A stretch of DNA of 64,000 nucleotides from Oculina patagonica (Eukaryota): positions 1,612,001 through 1,676,000 of the forward strand of contig NC_135758.1 of NCBI RefSeq assembly GCF_052425735.1. Direction: 5' to 3'. Shown here piece by piece: positions 59,541 to 64,000 of the stretch. The position numbers were made by a program, and so were the translations under genes. The stretch's first letter is position 1. Every line of letters starts with the position of its first letter. The notes under the pieces were generated by a model, which saw only the letters and a list, made by a program, of their open reading frames with translations, did not search any database and had not been told where the DNA came from.

Positions 59541-60593
59541 GTAGTAGTAGTAGAAGTCTTTATTAAGAAGCTAGTCACAACAAACGTGTGGCTTTACAAT
59601 AAAAAAACAATCTAAAATAAGCTAAACTAGTAAAATGAACCTATTATATGTATCAGTTACAAGGATTTTAAGAAATAAATTTAAAAAGACATCTATTTAC
59701 AAAAGTGCGTTTGAAACGTTCTGTTTTTACTTTAGGGAGTATAAAGTCATGGCCCCTTTCTCTAAGAGCTCTGTTCCGTTTGGGTGGGAGCAAGTCATAT
59801 AATACATGGCCAGTGTCACTTGTGATTCTGTTGAAAAGATCACTGTCCCTATTCTTAATAACATCAGATATCAAAATGATCTTATTTGTATAGCCAAAAC
59901 GATAGGCTCGCCGAAAGAAAGTGTCAATCCGATCTAAATATTTGCCTTGATAGGCGGAGCCCCACACTTCTAATCCATACAAAAATAATGACATTATTAA
60001 TGAGTCGAAGAGTTTACTAAGCTGATCTTTAGTGTACCCATAATATTTGCATACCCTAAGAATATATAGTCGGCTAGCAGCTCTAGAAAGTAAACTGTCA
60101 ACATGAAGGTCCCAGTTACAAGGATCTTCATGGAAGGTAATTCCCAAAAGTTTCAGCCACTCTTTTCGCTCAATCCCAAGCACTGGAGGAGGAGCAGGCT
60201 GAGTAGTTCTACTATGCAGTAGCATTTCCCACGTTTTTGACAAATTTAAAGACATCCTATTGTTGGCTGCCCAGCTCTCAAGGTTCTTAACTTCTGCGAG
60301 CGCCGTGTCAGAGTTCCTTCTAACAGGTACACTAATAGTGATATCATCGGCATATTTCGAGATCCCGTTGTTTGAATCAACTAGCTTTATATCGTTCACC
60401 ATCAGAGAGAATAAAAGTGGCCCAAGGACTGTACCCTGTGGCACTCCTCTGTTAATATCAACATAATCAGTTATCTTTCCATCCACAACGACTCTTTGTT
60501 TGCGGTTGCCAAGGAAGCTTATGATCCAGTTGATGATATATGGATTAACATTAGTAGCTTTTAACTTTTCGCAGACAATTTTGTGAGAGACAG
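59541..60593 (-). mobile_element. 5'-truncated non-LTR retrotransposon (L2/CR1 group), RT C-terminal half
   Basis: ORF 60486-59668 with GVPQGTVLGPLLF, YADD, KLLGITF; 3' AATAAA and (CTA)n tail; TSD TGTACTTA at 59533-59540 and 60594-60601. Confidence 0.92.
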
Positions 60594-62306
60594 TGTACTT
60601 ACCGTTACGTATGGAGTCAAGGAGTGATAGGACACCAAAAATTCCCGGTTATAAGCCCACCTCATTCCCACCAACATGCATTAGATGCCCATGACACTAA
60701 CAAACACGGACGGCCATTTTGCATATTATTTATTGACTCATTTCATTGCCATTAAATACAAAACTGCAAGCTTTTACCCGAAAGATTGGGGTCATGTCAT
60801 GTTCTGAGCAGATTTTGGCTTGGTATAAGAAACATCGCTTTCCTTCGTCTCACAAGATATATTGTTTTATGACATCATACATTCTTGATGTTATAGCTTG
60901 CTATATGGCTTTTAAGTGATACATGTCATGTCCTCTTAAGGCTGGTTTTCTCTAATGATAGAGTCAGAGTCATACCAGTAAGAGTGCTACAACTTAGTGA
61001 AAATCAAAAATCAGCATTGTAAGCAAAGTCATTGGATTGATAGAATCGAAAGAAAAAAAATGTGAACTAGACTGTCAGACTCACAAGCAGAAGCAGAAGA
61101 ACAAACCAATCAAGGTCTGTTCTCATGCCCTCTCAGAGTGCTTCCTTTCTGCTTGCAACTCTGACAATCTGGTTTCCACTAGATCATGAAGCCTGAATCG
61201 CAACTCTGCCCACGACTCTGTCAGTTTGATTTTTAGGGTTTGTACACTTTTTCAGGCCAAAAATTCAAGGACTTTTCAAAGACTTTCCGGGACCCTTCTT
61301 GGAAATTTCAAGGACCTTTTTTCATGAAATTTACCCCAAATCAACCATTGATGTGCTTGCTGAAGAACTAAAAAAATCGCTTATTTTGGCGGTCTTCTCA
61401 TTGCCTTGAAGCCTTTTGACGTTTAATAAAAAAATCAAGGACAATCAAGGATCGAAAACCAATTTCAAGGACTTTCAAGGCCTTGAATTTTTGAGATTCA
61501 AGGACTTTCAAGGCACGTGCGTAACACTCTGTGCCTCTGACTATGACATCAACACCATCGCTAGTGAAAACCAGCATTTAACCAATCAGATATCAGCTAA
61601 GACTGGTATAACATAACAGTGGATAATGTAGGTTGCTGCTTAGCAACAGACAACATAAAAAACAGCGAGTTTAGCAAGCCTAATGCAGTCTTTCTGTTGT
61701 TTATTTTTCCTTCTATAGGCCATAAGCGAAATTGTAGCTAGCAAGAGACAACACAAAGCACTTGTCTTGAAATATGTTATGAGAATGCTGAATAGCATTT
61801 TAAAGGTTCTAGATTTCAAATTTTCTGGAAAGCATGCCCCCAGAACCCCTTAGAAGAGATTGTGCCTTCGGTGAAGAAAGATCTTGCCAATAGTCTGGTT
61901 ACGGCCCTGACTAAGGAACCAATTTGCAGGCTAAATACTACCCTAATTTTACAAATGGAGGGGGACAGGGTTGTCTGAACTGCCTGCCTCCTGTGCCTTT
62001 TACTCCCGCTTTCCATTTTTTTTACTCCCGCCTCCCGCCATTATCATAGCCGTTTTATCCTCTTTGTCCCATTTCTTTTGCAAAATATAATGGAATGTTG
62101 CGAAATTTTACTTGTTTTCTCCCGGTTCCCACCACCTTAGAAATTCTGCTTCCTGCCCAGTGGAGGGGTATGGCTGTACACAGGCAACCCTGTCCACCTC
62201 CACTCACTATGTAGCTAAGTCAGTGCTACTTACAGTAGAAGCAATTATCAGATAGAAACAAGGCCCTGTTTTACAAAGCTTTAGTCACGCTATATCCATT
62301 TAGCAA

Positions 62307-63761
62307 CTAATCAAGATTTGAAGAGGCTAACACAGTGGACAGTGCTTTAGCATATGCTTTAGGGTTCTTATAGAAAACACAATTGTTAGCACAAGTATCA
62401 GGATTTGTATCCCAGATTGTTGGCCCACAAGAGCATAAGGCAGGAAGAACAATGTTTCTGCTCAGCACTTTTTCCTTTAAAACGGCCTGCAAAGCCTCTA
62501 TATACCTCTCTGTTTCCCTTTCTTTTTGAAGTTTCTTGTGTTGTTTAGCCAAGTCCATTTTATTTTTATTTTCTTTCTGAACTCTGATAAATGACTCCTC
62601 TTCCTTTCTAGCTCTTTGCATTTTTAGCTTGTCAATTTGTCTTTGCTCTATCTCAAGGCGTTCCACTTCTTTCTCGACCTTCAGATTTTCCATTCTTTTG
62701 CGATGTTCCTTCATTCGAATGTTTTCTCTAACTTGCTCTCGCTCGATGTCCATAAACAGCCTCCTATACACAGCAACTTGGGACTTTGCACGAGCTTTCT
62801 TTTCCTCTAAAACCTTTGAAGGTTGCAAAAGTACTTCAACACCAGCTTTGGCCGTTTTCTTTTCCTGGGGATCACCAGTTTTCTTCTGCTGGCTATTCCA
62901 GTCGGTGTTTTCAATTTCTAAATTTTCATCACCTTCAAAATGAACGCGTTTATCTGGGTTCAAAGCTGTCGTTCGATCTTCTTGACTAGGCAAACCTCTT
63001 TCAGAAATCCATCGATCGTGATCAAAACTCTGATCTTTTATCGCATTTTCACCAATCCAATAATCACCCATTTCCTTTTCTGAATCATCCTTTGAAAGTT
63101 CGTCTTGCGGGTTTTTGATTTTAGATTGTTGTCTCGACATCCCATGATCTTTAGTCGGCGAAGTACGCCACAAACCGCCAGGGAGTAGTGTACTCAAATG
63201 TTCAACTTCTGCTCCAAGACTCTTCGAACTGAGAACATTTCTTGCATGTTTGGAACAATTTCGGATCTTTTTAGCATGATCTTCTAGCAGTTGACTTGCA
63301 GTGTCCACTGCCGAGTAATCTCTAGTGGCGCTTCGTTGAATTTTCAGCTCAGAATCATCACGATACACACAGTTGTCACGCCGAACACTGCTAGGTAACG
63401 AACTCTGTTGAACAACATTTCGTTCAACTTCAAAAGCTTCCTCTGACATACCGTGCTGTTCGTCTCGTTTCATTTGCTCCAGATTTCTAACCCTTGATTT
63501 CACCTCCTGTTGGAATTCTTTTAGCCTTTCTTCCTTTTCTCTGATAATTCTTTTGAGCCGAAGCTCTTCCTCGCGTGCGCCGTGTACATGTGTTGCCGGT
63601 CCGCGATGGGGTTCTACCCAAGCCGAAAATGGCAAGACTGCAGACGATCGATGCTCGAGTTGACCCTTTGATCGAGTTTTCTGTGGTTGTTTCTTCTTCG
63701 CCCGCTGTTCTGGTTTTATTGGATTGTTCTGAGGCACTTTAAACTCGATCGAAGCCGCCAT
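62307..63761 (-). CDS. CCDC15: Coiled-coil domain-containing protein 15, single-exon ORF (likely start MAASIEF at 63761; frame open to 63839)
   Basis: N-terminal AWVEP motif, coiled coils with YRRLFMDIEREQV and RYIEALQA, and C-terminal LPALCSCGPTIWDTNPDTCANNCVFYKNPKAY, as recalled for CCDC15. Confidence 0.9.
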   Translation of the reverse strand: MAASIEFKVPQNNPIKPEQRAKKKQPQKTRSKGQLEHRSSAVLPFSAWVEPHRGPATHVHGAREEELRLKRIIREKEERLKEFQQEVKSRVRNLEQMKRDEQHGMSEEAFEVERNVVQQSSLPSSVRRDNCVYRDDSELKIQRSATRDYSAVDTASQLLEDHAKKIRNCSKHARNVLSSKSLGAEVEHLSTLLPGGLWRTSPTKDHGMSRQQSKIKNPQDELSKDDSEKEMGDYWIGENAIKDQSFDHDRWISERGLPSQEDRTTALNPDKRVHFEGDENLEIENTDWNSQQKKTGDPQEKKTAKAGVEVLLQPSKVLEEKKARAKSQVAVYRRLFMDIEREQVRENIRMKEHRKRMENLKVEKEVERLEIEQRQIDKLKMQRARKEEESFIRVQKENKNKMDLAKQHKKLQKERETERYIEALQAVLKEKVLSRNIVLPALCSCGPTIWDTNPDTCANNCVFYKNPKAYAKALSTVLASSNLD

Positions 63762-64000
63762 TGCGTTTCTAACGGTCAACTTTTCAAAATTGTGAAGGAG
63801 CGTAGTCAGCGGCTTACTTAGAACTAGTATTTCCTTCATGTAACATTACATGAATAGTCTAGCAAATTGATCGCGTGACCTTGTTGGGCATCAGTCACGC
63901 AAACGTCATTCCCCCGTGCAATGGCCTCCCTAGAAAGACTTCTTGTTTCAGTTTTTAATTTCAGCACTACGGTACTTTTGATTTGTTTCACAGTTTGTAT

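Overview
Eukaryotic, AT-rich, intron-rich animal DNA. The gene set and repeat families suggest a cnidarian, probably a stony coral (inference). The six-frame ORF track is mostly uninformative because the genes are spliced, so I rebuilt exons by hand from GT-AG junctions and protein similarity. Gene order: 3' part of TIMM44 (+); TMEM35B-like (+); an unnamed 12-exon secreted protein with a cubilin-N-terminal-like segment, collagen Gly-X-Y and a LamG/ConA-like domain (+); POLR3G/POLR3GL (-), head-to-head with PGPEP1 (+) with only 82 bp between ATGs; SMN (+) carrying an extra degenerate Tudor domain; an intronless cGAS-like receptor (cGLR/Mab-21) (-) whose 806-codon frame is broken by one in-frame TAG just before the active site; an orphan tandem-repeat gene (-) disrupted by a 2-bp insertion and a MITE; and intronless CCDC15 (-). 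Introns and spacers are full of MITEs (TA, TTAA, TTA, 5-, 8- and 9-bp target duplications), tRNA-SINEs, truncated L2/RTE LINEs, Helitron2-like elements, a decayed hammerhead repeat, and a 1.27-kb inverted-plus-tandem tRNA-like concatemer inside one 14-bp target duplication. All family assignments are from recalled motifs, not database searches.
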